Below are positions 49,201 to 57,963 of a stretch of 64,000 nucleotides of DNA, one piece after another. The DNA lies in contig JBGCFM010000039.1 of the NCBI GenBank assembly GCA_045106895.1, positions 192,001-256,000 of the forward strand, in the 5' to 3' direction. The translations under genes and the position numbers were made by a program. The notes under the pieces are model-generated. The model saw only the letters and a program-made list of their open reading frames with translations. It was not told where the DNA came from and searched no databases. The DNA comes from Polyangiales bacterium. GTDB lineage: Bacteria > Myxococcota_A > Polyangia > Polyangiales > Houyiibacteriaceae. Within the stretch, counting starts at the first letter, position 1. Each line of letters opens with the position of its first letter.

Positions 49201-50653
49201 GCATCGGAAGGTCCAGCTCGCCCTTGATCCCCGGAAGCTCTGCAGGTCCGCCGTCCGTCGGCGCAGGCAGATCGGAAATGTTCAAGGGCGCGGGTAGATC
49301 GAGGTTCCCGAAATCGCTCTTTGGCGCCGGTAGGTCAAGTCCACCTCCCGCCACTGCCGGAAGGTCGAGCTCCAGGCCCGGTACACTAAGTTCAGGCAGG
49401 TCGAGTTCATCGATGCTCGATGCGGATGGCGCTGGCTCCGACAAGTTGACGGGCTGCGGCAGGTCGACGCTCCCTCGCGCGGCTGGCAAGTCGAGATCGA
49501 AGTCGAGACCGGCGGGGGACGAATCGTCGGCGGGCGCCGGAAGATCCAAGTCGAAGCCACCAGGCTCAGCTTGGGCCAGTCCCATCGGGATAGATGGCGC
49601 GAGCTTTCGGCGTCGCTTCGCGGGTGCTGGGAGGTCCTGTTCGGATGCGCCGCTCCGAGTGCTCGCCGGCGCAGGAACATCCAGCTCCCCGAGCGTTGGA
49701 GCGAGTCGACGCCCGGCGGGCTTGGGCAGGTCGCGGTCCGGTTTCGCCGGCATCGCAGGGGCAAGACGACGAGCACGTGCTGGTGCTGGCAGGTCGAGAT
49801 CCGGCGCAGGGACCGGTGGCGCAAGACGTCGCTTCGGCGCTGGCAGATCGGCGTCGGAGGAACCCCGAACGGAAGCCGGGAGGTCGATGTCCTCCGTCGG
49901 AGCCTTCTTCGCGACGGGGAGGTCAAAATTGGGTGGCGGGGGGACCCGAGGTGCCGCGGGAGGGGGAACCGGTCGTTTTGCGCGCTTCGGCGCAGGCAGA
50001 TCCAGGTCGCCCATCGTCGACTTCGGCTTGGCTGGCGCGGGCAAGTCCAGGTCGCCCATCGTCGACTTCGGCTTGGCTGGCGCAGGTAGATCTAGGTCTA
50101 GGTCGCCCATCGTCGACTTCGGCTGAGCTGGCGCAGGCAGATCGAGGTCGCCCATCGTCGACTTCGGCTGGGCTGGCGCGGGCAGGTCAACTTCGCTCGC
50201 CTTGGGCTTGGCCCGAGCGGGCGCAGGGAGGTCAACATTGCCTTCGGGCTTCGTTCGAGCTGGCGCGGGCAGGTCCACCTCGCCCATCGGCGCGGGCCTC
50301 GCATGGGCGGGCGCGGGAAGATCCACTTCGCCCGTCGTGGACTTCGGCCGAGCCGGCGCGGGCAGATCCACTTCGCCCATCGTGGACTTCGGCCGGGCCG
50401 GCGCGGGCAGATCAACCTCGGAGTCACCGCTATTCGCGGGTGCTTTCGGGGATGGGACCGCACCCACCCCCAGTTGAGTTTTGGCGGGAACACGACGTGG
50501 AGGTGATGCCGCAGAAGCATCCACTCGACCATCGGCGTAGACCTGAAAGGTGGCGCTGCACTTCGGGCAACGCATCTTCAGGCCTTTTTCGGGCAGCCGA
50601 CGCTCGTCAAGGTCGTAGGGAGAGGAACAGGAAGGGCACTCGACGTGAATCAT
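46280..50653 (-). CDS. zinc-ribbon (MJ0042-type) / Pro-rich / TM / TPR protein
   Basis: CPSC...RCPKC at the N-terminus, DLPAP repeats, TM MLIFFAAAVVLLAGGG, many TPRs. Confidence 0.85.
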   Translation of the reverse strand: MIHVECPSCSSPYDLDERRLPEKGLKMRCPKCSATFQVYADGRVDASAASPPRRVPAKTQLGVGAVPSPKAPANSGDSEVDLPAPARPKSTMGEVDLPAPARPKSTTGEVDLPAPAHARPAPMGEVDLPAPARTKPEGNVDLPAPARAKPKASEVDLPAPAQPKSTMGDLDLPAPAQPKSTMGDLDLDLPAPAKPKSTMGDLDLPAPAKPKSTMGDLDLPAPKRAKRPVPPPAAPRVPPPPNFDLPVAKKAPTEDIDLPASVRGSSDADLPAPKRRLAPPVPAPDLDLPAPARARRLAPAMPAKPDRDLPKPAGRRLAPTLGELDVPAPASTRSGASEQDLPAPAKRRRKLAPSIPMGLAQAEPGGFDLDLPAPADDSSPAGLDFDLDLPAARGSVDLPQPVNLSEPAPSASSIDELDLPELSVPGLELDLPAVAGGGLDLPAPKSDFGNLDLPAPLNISDLPAPTDGGPAELPGIKGELDLPMPRAGGLDLDLPGVKDASSAPISSSPTPFDDFDLELPSLDGAAPAPGPNDMDLPDLPELPGDGLSLDLDDDADLSLPQPRRRDVTETPDGRAGAGGMAFGELDLDAGAGSEAGLEFDDLPEQQAALDVDSELDLPDSMPPAATPKRRAAKKRAPAEASPAKPKSKMLIFFAAAVVLLAGGGFALKWTPMGVFGVYFFEQFRSESGDPARTAAALGEAAELAGDDSYGGARRALQSLGAARAQMFLNRELLVQSAVYESLFQIRFGEDNQAEVREEAILARLATRGNEAPDILVALAASALRQGDIGTASSSLAAAKNAGATGTLVQLVQGELALAQDQFADAATAFQSAGDARGQWGHARALLLDPEADQAEALGAVNATLEMSPNHAGALVAKAKRSVTAGATIEETAALATRAANPEDRAQRGSPTERASAYALLGRVYEDAGHRALARQAFTAARDLVPFQVDALLGLGRVGLRERRFRDAHTQFAAAEQAAQGLPAESEGALTPASTAKLGVAQALLALESPQEALGATTALRAEYPDNADVALAHGQILRALEQNEEAATAFVAAYTADPTRFEPYLAHANLLAATGEAEEAGVILARARENVEMDADVHRQIGDAQREAGDLQEALSEYNQAISMEPENVDALFGLGVTYRRLGRFRDGDARLTRVAELDAGFPGLSLERGRIFEALGRADRAVASFSAAAEAEPENMDLQLRLGGAQVAAGMLDEAEATLAPVAEDRPDSAEVAFFRGRIAFERGASTQALDHLGRAVMMDASVAMYHLYNAWALLQANQLGRAGSEVELTLGLDETLPEAYMVRGLIRVRSGAVDDAANDFRQSIALSDHLAPAHAGLGEALAQQGRQGEAVQSYARATNLDATEGRWWYRLGELRVDRGDRREALAALQRASALASEVEGTQVAPWVYETYRVLGDALRGGDSAAAIAAYRTYLERAPASALDRDQVQRRLASLE
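49985..50419 (-). repeat. ten tandem ~15-aa (about 45-bp) coding repeats (E/D)(V/L)DLPAPA.PKSTMG
   Basis: Visible in the translation and in the DNA (gtcgcccatcgtcgacttcggct repeated). Confidence 0.85.
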
Positions 50654-50808
50654 CTCGTGGGGGCTCAACGGCGGAAGAAAGTGGAAAAACGATTGGCCGC
50701 GCGGCGCCAGACTATCACGAAGGGCCCCAGGAACCGACGTTTCCCGTCGTGGGGACGTTTCTCTCCTCGTCTTGACCGCGTGGCCGAAAGCCTCGTACAA
50801 AGGTATGC

Positions 50809-51132
50809 ATGGCGTCTGGCCCCAAAAACACGGTATCTGTCGAAATTGGCGGGACCCCCTACCGCATGGTCACGGATACGGATGCGGACCATCTCCGGCG
50901 GCTCTCAGATCAGGTGAATCAGCGAATTGAAGCCCTCGGCGCAAAGGCGACGCGCGCTCTCGGCCCTGCTCAGATCCTCGCCATCGTATCCCTTACGATG
51001 GCCGAAGAGCTTGAGGGGCTGGAGCGTCAAGTAGCTGCGCAGCAGGAGGCGACACAACAAGCCGTCCAGACTGCCCTGGGGCGGATCGATGCCGCGCTCC
51101 TTGCCGCGAACGCCGTCGGCGACGCGGATTGA
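50809..51132 (+). CDS. zapA: cell division protein ZapA
   Basis: VSVEIGGTPY, LAIVSLTMAEEL, coiled coil; precedes ygfA. Confidence 0.85.
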   Translation: MASGPKNTVSVEIGGTPYRMVTDTDADHLRRLSDQVNQRIEALGAKATRALGPAQILAIVSLTMAEELEGLERQVAAQQEATQQAVQTALGRIDAALLAANAVGDAD

Positions 51133-51142
51133 TCATCGACCG

Positions 51143-51733
51143 ATGAGAACCCCTGACGAAGACAGCCTCCGCAGCCGTCACAAAGCGGAGTTGCGCCGCC
51201 GAATGCTCGCCGTGCGAGGCGCGACGCCCAAAGTGGCTCGCGAAGAGCGCGCCGCCCGCGCGACGAAGCTCGCCCAGTCCCTCGATTGGGAAGGCGTCGA
51301 GACCGTCGCGAGTTTTTCAGCGGTTCGAAAGGAGATGGACACACGTGCCCTTGAGGACTGGCTGCGCGAGCGTGGTGTTCGAATCGCGTACCCATGCATC
51401 GACCTTGAGGCAAATGCACTGGTACTTCGGGTGGCCGAGCGCGACGAACTCGAAGAAGCGACCTTTGGACTGCTTGAGCCACCCTCGAGTTGCCCCGTCG
51501 CTGCGCACGTCGACCGGGTTCTCGTGCCGGCGCTAGCCATCGACCCCCGTGGTCACCGCATCGGTTATGGCCGCGGCTACTACGACCAACTACTGGCGTC
51601 GATTCCCAGCGCGGAACGAATCGGGTTCGTCTACGACTTCCAGCTCGTCGCCGAAGCGCCCAACCAAGCCGGCGACGTCCCAGTTCACCGCGTCGTCACG
51701 GACTCTCGTATCCTCGAGTGTCAGGGTGGTTAG
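51143..51733 (+). CDS. ygfA: 5-formyltetrahydrofolate cyclo-ligase
   Basis: KAELRR, FGLLEP, VPALAID..GHRIGYGRGYYD. Confidence 0.93.
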   Translation: MRTPDEDSLRSRHKAELRRRMLAVRGATPKVAREERAARATKLAQSLDWEGVETVASFSAVRKEMDTRALEDWLRERGVRIAYPCIDLEANALVLRVAERDELEEATFGLLEPPSSCPVAAHVDRVLVPALAIDPRGHRIGYGRGYYDQLLASIPSAERIGFVYDFQLVAEAPNQAGDVPVHRVVTDSRILECQGG

Positions 51734-51751
51734 AGCAAGCAGGGGCAACAC

Positions 51752-53134
51752 GTGAGCGGCCGAGTCCTCATCGTCGACGATGACGAGACCTACGCCCGCA
51801 CACTCGGGCGTGCCCTTCGCCGGCGCGGCTACGATGTCTCGGTCTGCGGGTCGGCAGCCGAAGCGCGCGTTGCCCTCCCCGCAGACATCGTCGATGTCGT
51901 CGTGCTCGACTATCAGCTGCCGGACGCCAACGGCCTGGAGCTCCTCGAGGAGCTGCGACCACTCGCGGCCGGCGCAGCCTTCTTGATGGCGACGGCATTT
52001 CCGCGGCTTGAGGTCGCCGTTGAAGCGATGCGGCGAGGCGCCTTCGACTATGTCGCGAAGGGGGGCGAACTTGAAGAGTGCCTGATCCGCGTGGACCGCG
52101 CTTACGACGTGTCTGCCTTGCGAAGGCGCATGGCAGAGGCGAGCAAGTCCGGCGGGGCAGCCAAAGATCTGGTGGGTGAAAGCCCTCCCATGATCGCTCT
52201 CAAACACCGGCTCAAGCTCCTCGCCGGGGCCGACGACACGACGGTTCAGATTCTCGGCGAGACGGGTACCGGCAAAGGCGTGATCGCGCGGGCGATTCAC
52301 TCTGCCTCCGGTCGTGCCTACGAGCCTTTCGTCGCAGTCGACTGCACAACGATTCCCGAGACGCTGGTTGAGAGTGAGCTCTTTGGCCATGAACGCGGCG
52401 CGTTCAGCGGCGCCACAGGCACAAAGATGGGCCGCGTGGAAGCGGCGGGAAAAGGCACTCTTTTCCTCGACGAGATCGGTGAGCTCGACCTCTCGGTGCA
52501 GGCAAAACTGCTGCGCCTTTTGGAAGAGCGTGAGTACACGCGCGTAGGCGGCACCCGCCCTCGAAATCTCGAGGCACGCATCATCGCCGCCACGAATCGC
52601 GACCTAGAGCTCGCCGTTGAGGAAGGTCGCTTTCGCGCAGACCTTCGCTACCGCCTGGAGGTGTTCGTTGTCGAAACGCCGCCTCTTCGCGACCGCGGTG
52701 AAGACATCATGGTCCTCGTCGCTCACTTCATCGGGACGCACGCACGAGCTTTGGGCAAACCCGTTCCAGGTCTAAGCGACGCGGTCATCGAAGGTCTTCG
52801 CCGTTACGCGTTTCCCGGAAACGTACGAGAGCTTCGGAACATGATCGAACAGGCGATGCTCCTTGTTCAGGGCGAAGAGCTCACGCTGGCGGACTTTCCC
52901 GTGCTCGCGCGCTCCGTGCGGAGTGTGAGCGCACGTCGTCCCGCGCGACGGGTCCCCACGGCCCCCATGGTCGATCTGGCGACGATTCGTCAGGAGGCCG
53001 AGAGCGACGAGCGTTCTCGCGTCGTGGAGGCTCTGCGCCATGAAGGCGGCAACGTCTCGGCGGCGGCGCGTCGTCTCGATCTGAGCCGCTATCAGCTCAT
53101 ACGTCGACTCAAAAAGCTCGGGCTGCGTTCTTAG
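51752..53134 (+). CDS. sigma54-dependent response regulator (NtrC/AtoC family)
   Basis: REC (VDDD, LDYQLPD), GETGTGK, GAFSGA, FPGNVREL, Fis HTH. Confidence 0.95.
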   Translation: MSGRVLIVDDDETYARTLGRALRRRGYDVSVCGSAAEARVALPADIVDVVVLDYQLPDANGLELLEELRPLAAGAAFLMATAFPRLEVAVEAMRRGAFDYVAKGGELEECLIRVDRAYDVSALRRRMAEASKSGGAAKDLVGESPPMIALKHRLKLLAGADDTTVQILGETGTGKGVIARAIHSASGRAYEPFVAVDCTTIPETLVESELFGHERGAFSGATGTKMGRVEAAGKGTLFLDEIGELDLSVQAKLLRLLEEREYTRVGGTRPRNLEARIIAATNRDLELAVEEGRFRADLRYRLEVFVVETPPLRDRGEDIMVLVAHFIGTHARALGKPVPGLSDAVIEGLRRYAFPGNVRELRNMIEQAMLLVQGEELTLADFPVLARSVRSVSARRPARRVPTAPMVDLATIRQEAESDERSRVVEALRHEGGNVSAAARRLDLSRYQLIRRLKKLGLRS

Positions 53135-53137
53135 CGC

Positions 53138-53854
53138 TCAGGCCGCTTCCTTGAGCGCGACGCGGAGGTGCTCGACGGCGCGCTTTTGAAGCTGGCAGAC
53201 GCGGGACTCGCTGATGCCCATGCGGTCTCCAATTTCGCGAAGTGCCATTCCTTGGAAGAGCCCCATCTCGATGGCCTGCCGCTGCCGCTCGGGGAGGTTG
53301 GTGAGAGCGGAGCAAAGTCGGTCGTAGCGGTTGTGGTCTTCCGCCGCAGAGTGCGCATCGCGGAACGCATTCGAAGGAATCCGGTTTACCATCGGCTCGT
53401 AGTCGCCGGTGGTCTTGTCCATGCTGACGAGGCGACGCGCGGCAATGACGCGTCCCTTTCTCGCTTCAAGTCCCTCGGTCTCGCCAGCGGCGTGACGAAC
53501 CGCGAGCCGCATCTCGTCACGTGTGCGCAAGTCGAGCTTGCGAATCGCGTCGATGAGTCGCTGACGAATGCGAGTGCGCACCCAAGTAGACTCGGCGATG
53601 CCAAACCCTTGGTAGGTGTGGAGAGCCTCGAGGACGGCGACGCGCCCTTCCGCTCGAAGGTCCTCTTCGTCCAACGCCTGACCCAAGGTCGCCACGGGAC
53701 GGAGGCGACGGGCCATCATCCGGACGGTTCCTTCGTACTTCTCAAGCGCGGCGCGCGCGTCGGCATTGGTCCAGTTCATCCGCTTCGACTTCTTGGACTT
53801 CGTGCGGGCCTTAGGTGCTGGGGATTTTGCGGTATTGTTGTTGGCCTGAGTCAT
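53138..53854 (-). CDS. FliA/WhiG-like (sigma28 group) sigma factor with shortened region 3
   Basis: DL..EG...LEA, RIRQRLIDAIRKLD, LPERQR...LREIG..MGISESRVCQL. Confidence 0.85.
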   Translation of the reverse strand: MTQANNNTAKSPAPKARTKSKKSKRMNWTNADARAALEKYEGTVRMMARRLRPVATLGQALDEEDLRAEGRVAVLEALHTYQGFGIAESTWVRTRIRQRLIDAIRKLDLRTRDEMRLAVRHAAGETEGLEARKGRVIAARRLVSMDKTTGDYEPMVNRIPSNAFRDAHSAAEDHNRYDRLCSALTNLPERQRQAIEMGLFQGMALREIGDRMGISESRVCQLQKRAVEHLRVALKEAA

Positions 53855-53883
53855 CGTTGTGCCCTCTTCTTGCGGAGAACTAA

Positions 53884-53899
53884 TGCGACGACCGTGCCA
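53884..53899 (-). promoter_or_regulatory. sigma54 promoter of the sigma factor gene
   Basis: TGGCACGGTCGTCGCA, near-consensus GG-N10-GC; SD AAGAGGG downstream. Confidence 0.8.
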
Positions 53900-53979
53900 A
53901 CGTCAGAAGTTCACTCAAACAAGTCATAAAACGCCGAACGTCAACGATTTGACGCCGCAAATGGCGTTCTGGCCCAACC

Positions 53980-54046
53980 GTGCGAATGCGTGCGAACACG
54001 TGCGAAACTGTTGTGCGACAGCACAAAACAGCACAAAACCGCACAA
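53980..54046. promoter_or_regulatory. phased repeats and palindrome, putative enhancer
   Basis: GTGCGAA at 53980/53990/54000; TTGTGC-N4-GCACAA at 54011-54026; GCACAA at 54021/54031/54041. Confidence 0.6.
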
Positions 54047-54118
54047 CACCGAACACCTCGATAAGCGCGCTTTGGGGAACGCCTTGACCGTCACACGGAG
54101 AGGCTAAGAATCGGGGCG

Positions 54119-56116
54119 ATGGAGGTCAGCGAGAAGGTCCAACAAAAGCTCGACACCTTGCCCGTGTCCCCCGGCGTCTACGTCTTTCACGGTCGGTCCA
54201 GCGGGGCGTCCATGGAGGTCCTCTACGTCGGAAAGGCAAGCAGCCTCCGAAGCCGCGTCCGCAGCTACTTCCAGGATGGGAGCTCAGATGTTCGCGCGTT
54301 CGTCGCACGCTTGGCCTTTGAGCTCGTGGACATCGAGACCTTTGTCACGGCGACGGAAAAAGAAGCGGCGCTCCTTGAGAACCAACTCATCAAAGAGCGA
54401 CAGCCTCGCTACAACGTCAAACTCCGGGACGACAAAGAGTTCCTTTCACTCCGTCTCTCCCCGAAGAGCAAGTGGCCTCGCCTCGAAGTTGTTCGCCGCC
54501 CTCGTGCGGACGGGGCTCGCTACTTCGGCCCTTACCACTCAGCGACCGCGGCGCGTCAAACGCTGCGCCTCGTCAACCGCCACTTTCAGCTTCGCACCTG
54601 CACAGACGCGGACCTTCGTTCGCGCAGCCGGCCTTGTCTCCAGTATCAGATTCGCCGCTGTCCGGGCCCTTGCGTGATGGACGTCGACAAAGAGCGCTAC
54701 GCTCAACAGGTCAACGATGTCGGCCTCTTTTTGGGCGGCCGCCACGACGAGCTCGTCGACAAACTGCAAGCGCAGATGCTCGAAGCTTCGGAAGCCCTCG
54801 AGTTTGAGCAGGCGGCGGTTCATCGTGACCAACTCCGCGCGGTCACAAGGGCACGCGAGACACAACGCGTGGCCTCCGTTTCGATGCGTGACCAAGACGT
54901 CTTTGGTCTCTTTCGGCAGGCCGACCAAGCGGAGGTCGCCGTGCTTCAAGTACGCGCTGGCCGTCTCGTGGGGGTGCGAACGTTCGACCTCCGCCGCGTC
55001 GCGCTCCCCGACGACGAGCTCATCGCGTCCTTCATCGCCGAGTGGTACGAGCGTGCGCCGGTTCCCGACGAGGTGCTGCTGCCGCATCCCATCGAGGCTA
55101 TGGATGGACTGGCGAGCGTGCTCTCGGACCGACAGCGCAGCCGGGAAACACGCGCCCAAGTGCTCGTCGCCGCGCCGACCCGCGGGAAACGCAACAAGCT
55201 CCTCGATATGGCGCGAGACAATGCCGAACACGCGTTTCACGAGAAGCGTCGCGCCCAGGAGAACATCCTCACGCGCCTCGAAGAAGTTCAGAAACGCTTG
55301 CGGCTCAAGTCGCCCCCGCAACGAATCGAGTGCGTCGACATCTCGCACACGGGCGGCGACGACACCGTAGCCGCCGTTGTCGCCCTCAGGGACGGCGCCC
55401 CGGATAAGAAGCGCTACCGGACCTACCACGTCAAACGTGTGCGTGGTGGCGACGACTACGGAGCGATGTATGAGGTCCTCTCTCGTCGGTTCCGGCGCGG
55501 TCGTGACGGCAATGAGGGATGGGATCTGCCGGACCTCTTCGTCGTTGATGGCGGCAAGGGTCAGCTCGGAGTCGCGCTCGCGGCGCTCCGAGATCTCGGT
55601 ATGCCAAACGAGATGATGCCCGTCGTCGCGCTGGCGAAAGAGAAAGAGAACTTGGCCGGCGAGCGGCGCGTGGACCGCGTTTATCTACCTGGACAGAAGA
55701 ACCCCATTCCGGTGCATTCGACTCCGGCGCTATCGATGCTCTGCTTGGCCCGCGACGAGGCTCACCGGGTGTCCAACGGGCTACGAACCAAGCTTGGAAA
55801 GCGTCGCCGGCTCACCAGCGGACTCGACTCCGTCAAAGGCGTCGGGCCAAAGACACGAACCAAGCTCCTCAGCACCTTGGGGTCCCTAGAAGCCGTGCTC
55901 GCGAGCACCGAAGCCGAGCTCATCTCCGCTGGCGCTACAAAGCGCCAAGCATCCGCGATCCTTCGGCAGCTGAGCCCCTCGGCCCCAACCTCGTCTGCCT
56001 CACACTCCGATAAGCCCGCGGAGAAGCTCGACGAAGAGACGGTCAACCTAGAGACGGATCAAGCCGTCGACAACGCCTTCCGCGAAGTCCTCGAGGACGC
56101 CACAAACGCTACTTGA
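54119..56116 (+). CDS. uvrC: excinuclease ABC subunit C
   Basis: PGVY, YVGKA, LIKERQPRYNVKLRDDK, YFGPY, IECVDISH, VDGGKGQL, RDEAHR. Confidence 0.97.
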   Translation: MEVSEKVQQKLDTLPVSPGVYVFHGRSSGASMEVLYVGKASSLRSRVRSYFQDGSSDVRAFVARLAFELVDIETFVTATEKEAALLENQLIKERQPRYNVKLRDDKEFLSLRLSPKSKWPRLEVVRRPRADGARYFGPYHSATAARQTLRLVNRHFQLRTCTDADLRSRSRPCLQYQIRRCPGPCVMDVDKERYAQQVNDVGLFLGGRHDELVDKLQAQMLEASEALEFEQAAVHRDQLRAVTRARETQRVASVSMRDQDVFGLFRQADQAEVAVLQVRAGRLVGVRTFDLRRVALPDDELIASFIAEWYERAPVPDEVLLPHPIEAMDGLASVLSDRQRSRETRAQVLVAAPTRGKRNKLLDMARDNAEHAFHEKRRAQENILTRLEEVQKRLRLKSPPQRIECVDISHTGGDDTVAAVVALRDGAPDKKRYRTYHVKRVRGGDDYGAMYEVLSRRFRRGRDGNEGWDLPDLFVVDGGKGQLGVALAALRDLGMPNEMMPVVALAKEKENLAGERRVDRVYLPGQKNPIPVHSTPALSMLCLARDEAHRVSNGLRTKLGKRRRLTSGLDSVKGVGPKTRTKLLSTLGSLEAVLASTEAELISAGATKRQASAILRQLSPSAPTSSASHSDKPAEKLDEETVNLETDQAVDNAFREVLEDATNAT

Positions 56117-56456
56117 TCACGGCGTCTGGCCACGCTTTGGCAAGCCAACGAAGTGGCTTCTCCTCGGCGTCATCAACGCCATCGGAGGAAGCCATGTGGA
56201 TCAAACGATCCATGATGACCTTCTGAGCTTCGACGCGCGTGATGGCCTTGGCAGCCTCCATGATCGTCGTGCGTGAATGGTACTCGTCTTTGGCACGCGT
56301 CATCGCCGTGACGAAGGACTCGCTCCCCATCTCAGCCTCGATGGCGCCCACTTCGGCCTTCTCCTCATCGCTGTACTCGCCATCGGCGGTCACGATTTCT
56401 CGCATGAGGCCGAGGAAAAGGGTCTGTTCGTCTGCGCTGAGTTCGTTGAGCTTCAT
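56109..56456 (-). CDS. TerB-like protein
   Basis: ADGEYSDEE ... ASSDGVDDAE. Confidence 0.75.
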   Translation of the reverse strand: MKLNELSADEQTLFLGLMREIVTADGEYSDEEKAEVGAIEAEMGSESFVTAMTRAKDEYHSRTTIMEAAKAITRVEAQKVIMDRLIHMASSDGVDDAEEKPLRWLAKAWPDAVIK

Positions 56457-56570
56457 GTCATCTCCCGGGATCCGGTCTTTCGCACTCTATATACTCCGCC
56501 GGTCCTCTGGTGCCACGCTCGTTCCGCTGTGCACCTTGAAACCCGAGCCTTTTCGTGGCTTCATGCCGGC

Positions 56571-56828
56571 ATGAAGTCCCTCGTGATGTTCGTCTTCGTG
56601 GCTGCGGGCCTTGGCTGTGGGGCAGATACTCCTGTCCCTGATTACCCATGGACCGATCCTCCGCCCCTTGAAGAGACCGACCTCGCTGAGTTCGTCGGTG
56701 GCGGAGAAGAGTACGTGGACGAGGACGAAGACGAAGAGTGGGATGACGGCCTGGACGACGCCGACATGGAGATGAACGACTCGGCGCCAGCTCCTGAAGC
56801 GGCGGCCCCAGAAGCCGCCGAAGGCTAG
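56571..56828 (+). CDS. small acidic lipoprotein
   Basis: MKSLVMFVFVAAGLGC, D/E-rich tail. Confidence 0.65.
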   Translation: MKSLVMFVFVAAGLGCGADTPVPDYPWTDPPPLEETDLAEFVGGGEEYVDEDEDEEWDDGLDDADMEMNDSAPAPEAAAPEAAEG

Positions 56829-56832
56829 GCGT

Positions 56833-57276
56833 CTGAGAAGCAGCACCAAGCGCCTCTCGGCGATCACCCTCACGTGGTCGGCGCTACTTCTCGAGCTCTA
56901 CATCCTGGGCCGCTCCCCGAGAGCAACCCTGACGCCGGGCCTCGGCGAGTTTTACTACGCTTTTGAGGCGGTGTTCCTACCCGCCATCGTGTTCCTGCAG
57001 TGGAATCTGGGGCGGCTCGTCCTACGAAAACACGGGTTGGACCCCGCAAACGCTGTCGCGGACGCGCTCTTCGTCTCCGCGAGCTGCTTTGTGGTGCCGG
57101 ATTGCGTGCTTCTTCTCGCCGCACGCCCCGATCTTCTTGCGCTCTGGGCACGTGTGGCGGGCCCACTCGCGCTCTTGGCCATGCTTCTGGTCCTCCATCG
57201 CCGCTGCCGCTCCTGGCGCATCACCATCTCCGCGGCTTTCGCGATGGCCCTTCCGGCGATTGTCTTCGTGCGCTGA
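56833..57276 (+). CDS. hypothetical membrane protein (start uncertain: CTG 56833 or GTG 56971)
   Basis: Hydrophobic open frame extends 46 codons upstream of the first GTG. Confidence 0.55.
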   Translation: MRSSTKRLSAITLTWSALLLELYILGRSPRATLTPGLGEFYYAFEAVFLPAIVFLQWNLGRLVLRKHGLDPANAVADALFVSASCFVVPDCVLLLAARPDLLALWARVAGPLALLAMLLVLHRRCRSWRITISAAFAMALPAIVFVR

Positions 57277-57299
57277 GCTCTTTCTTGCACCCCATTAGT

Positions 57300-57338
57300 T
57301 GACAATACGTCAGATAACCATTATCTGACATATCGTCA
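57300..57338. promoter_or_regulatory. tandem TetR operators
   Basis: TGAC-N5-GTCA at 57300-57312 and 57326-57338, within one 39-bp imperfect palindrome covering the -10 TATCGT. Confidence 0.75.
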
Positions 57339-57342
57339 GCTT

Positions 57343-57942
57343 ATGGCCCGCCCACAAAACCACAAGAAACGCCACGACCTCGCCCAGCGAGCGGTGTTGG
57401 TGCTCCAGCGCGAGGGCCTCGACCTCTCGATGAGCCGCTTGGCGGCGGCCCTCGAGATCAAGCGACCCACCCTGCTCTACCATTTCGCGACACGCGCGGA
57501 GATCGTGGAGACAGCGCTCGAGCAGAGCCTTATCGAGCAAGCGACCTACGTCATCGGGGAGGTCGAGAAGTTCGCTCACCCCATCGACCGAATGTACGCA
57601 CAGCTACGGGCTGTTCACGCGTTCCACGACGGCCAAGACGAGCGACTCGCGTTCCTTACGCAGGCCATCGCCGTCAGCGGTAAAGAACGACTCGACGAGC
57701 TTATCCGCATCGGCAACCGCGTGTTCGATGCGCGACGCAACGAGACGGCAGCGCGACTCCGCGAAGGGATGAAGCGTGGCGTCGTCGGCCCATGCGACCC
57801 AGACGTGCTCATCGCCGCGATGCGCGCGCTCTCCGACGGCCTCGTCATCCAACGCGTGATGACCGGCCTGACCCTCGCCCCCGTGCACTCCCTCGTCTGG
57901 GAGCAACTACTCAAGCCACTCAAACTCGGCGAGTGGAACTAA
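57343..57942 (+). CDS. TetR/AcrR family regulator
   Basis: SMSRLAAALEIKRPTLLYHFATR HTH. Confidence 0.9.
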   Translation: MARPQNHKKRHDLAQRAVLVLQREGLDLSMSRLAAALEIKRPTLLYHFATRAEIVETALEQSLIEQATYVIGEVEKFAHPIDRMYAQLRAVHAFHDGQDERLAFLTQAIAVSGKERLDELIRIGNRVFDARRNETAARLREGMKRGVVGPCDPDVLIAAMRALSDGLVIQRVMTGLTLAPVHSLVWEQLLKPLKLGEWN

Positions 57943-57963
57943 CCCATCTTCAAGGAACTCATC

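Noticed and set aside
49985..50419. CRISPR-like array
   Set aside because: In-frame coding repeats without unique spacers; no cas genes.
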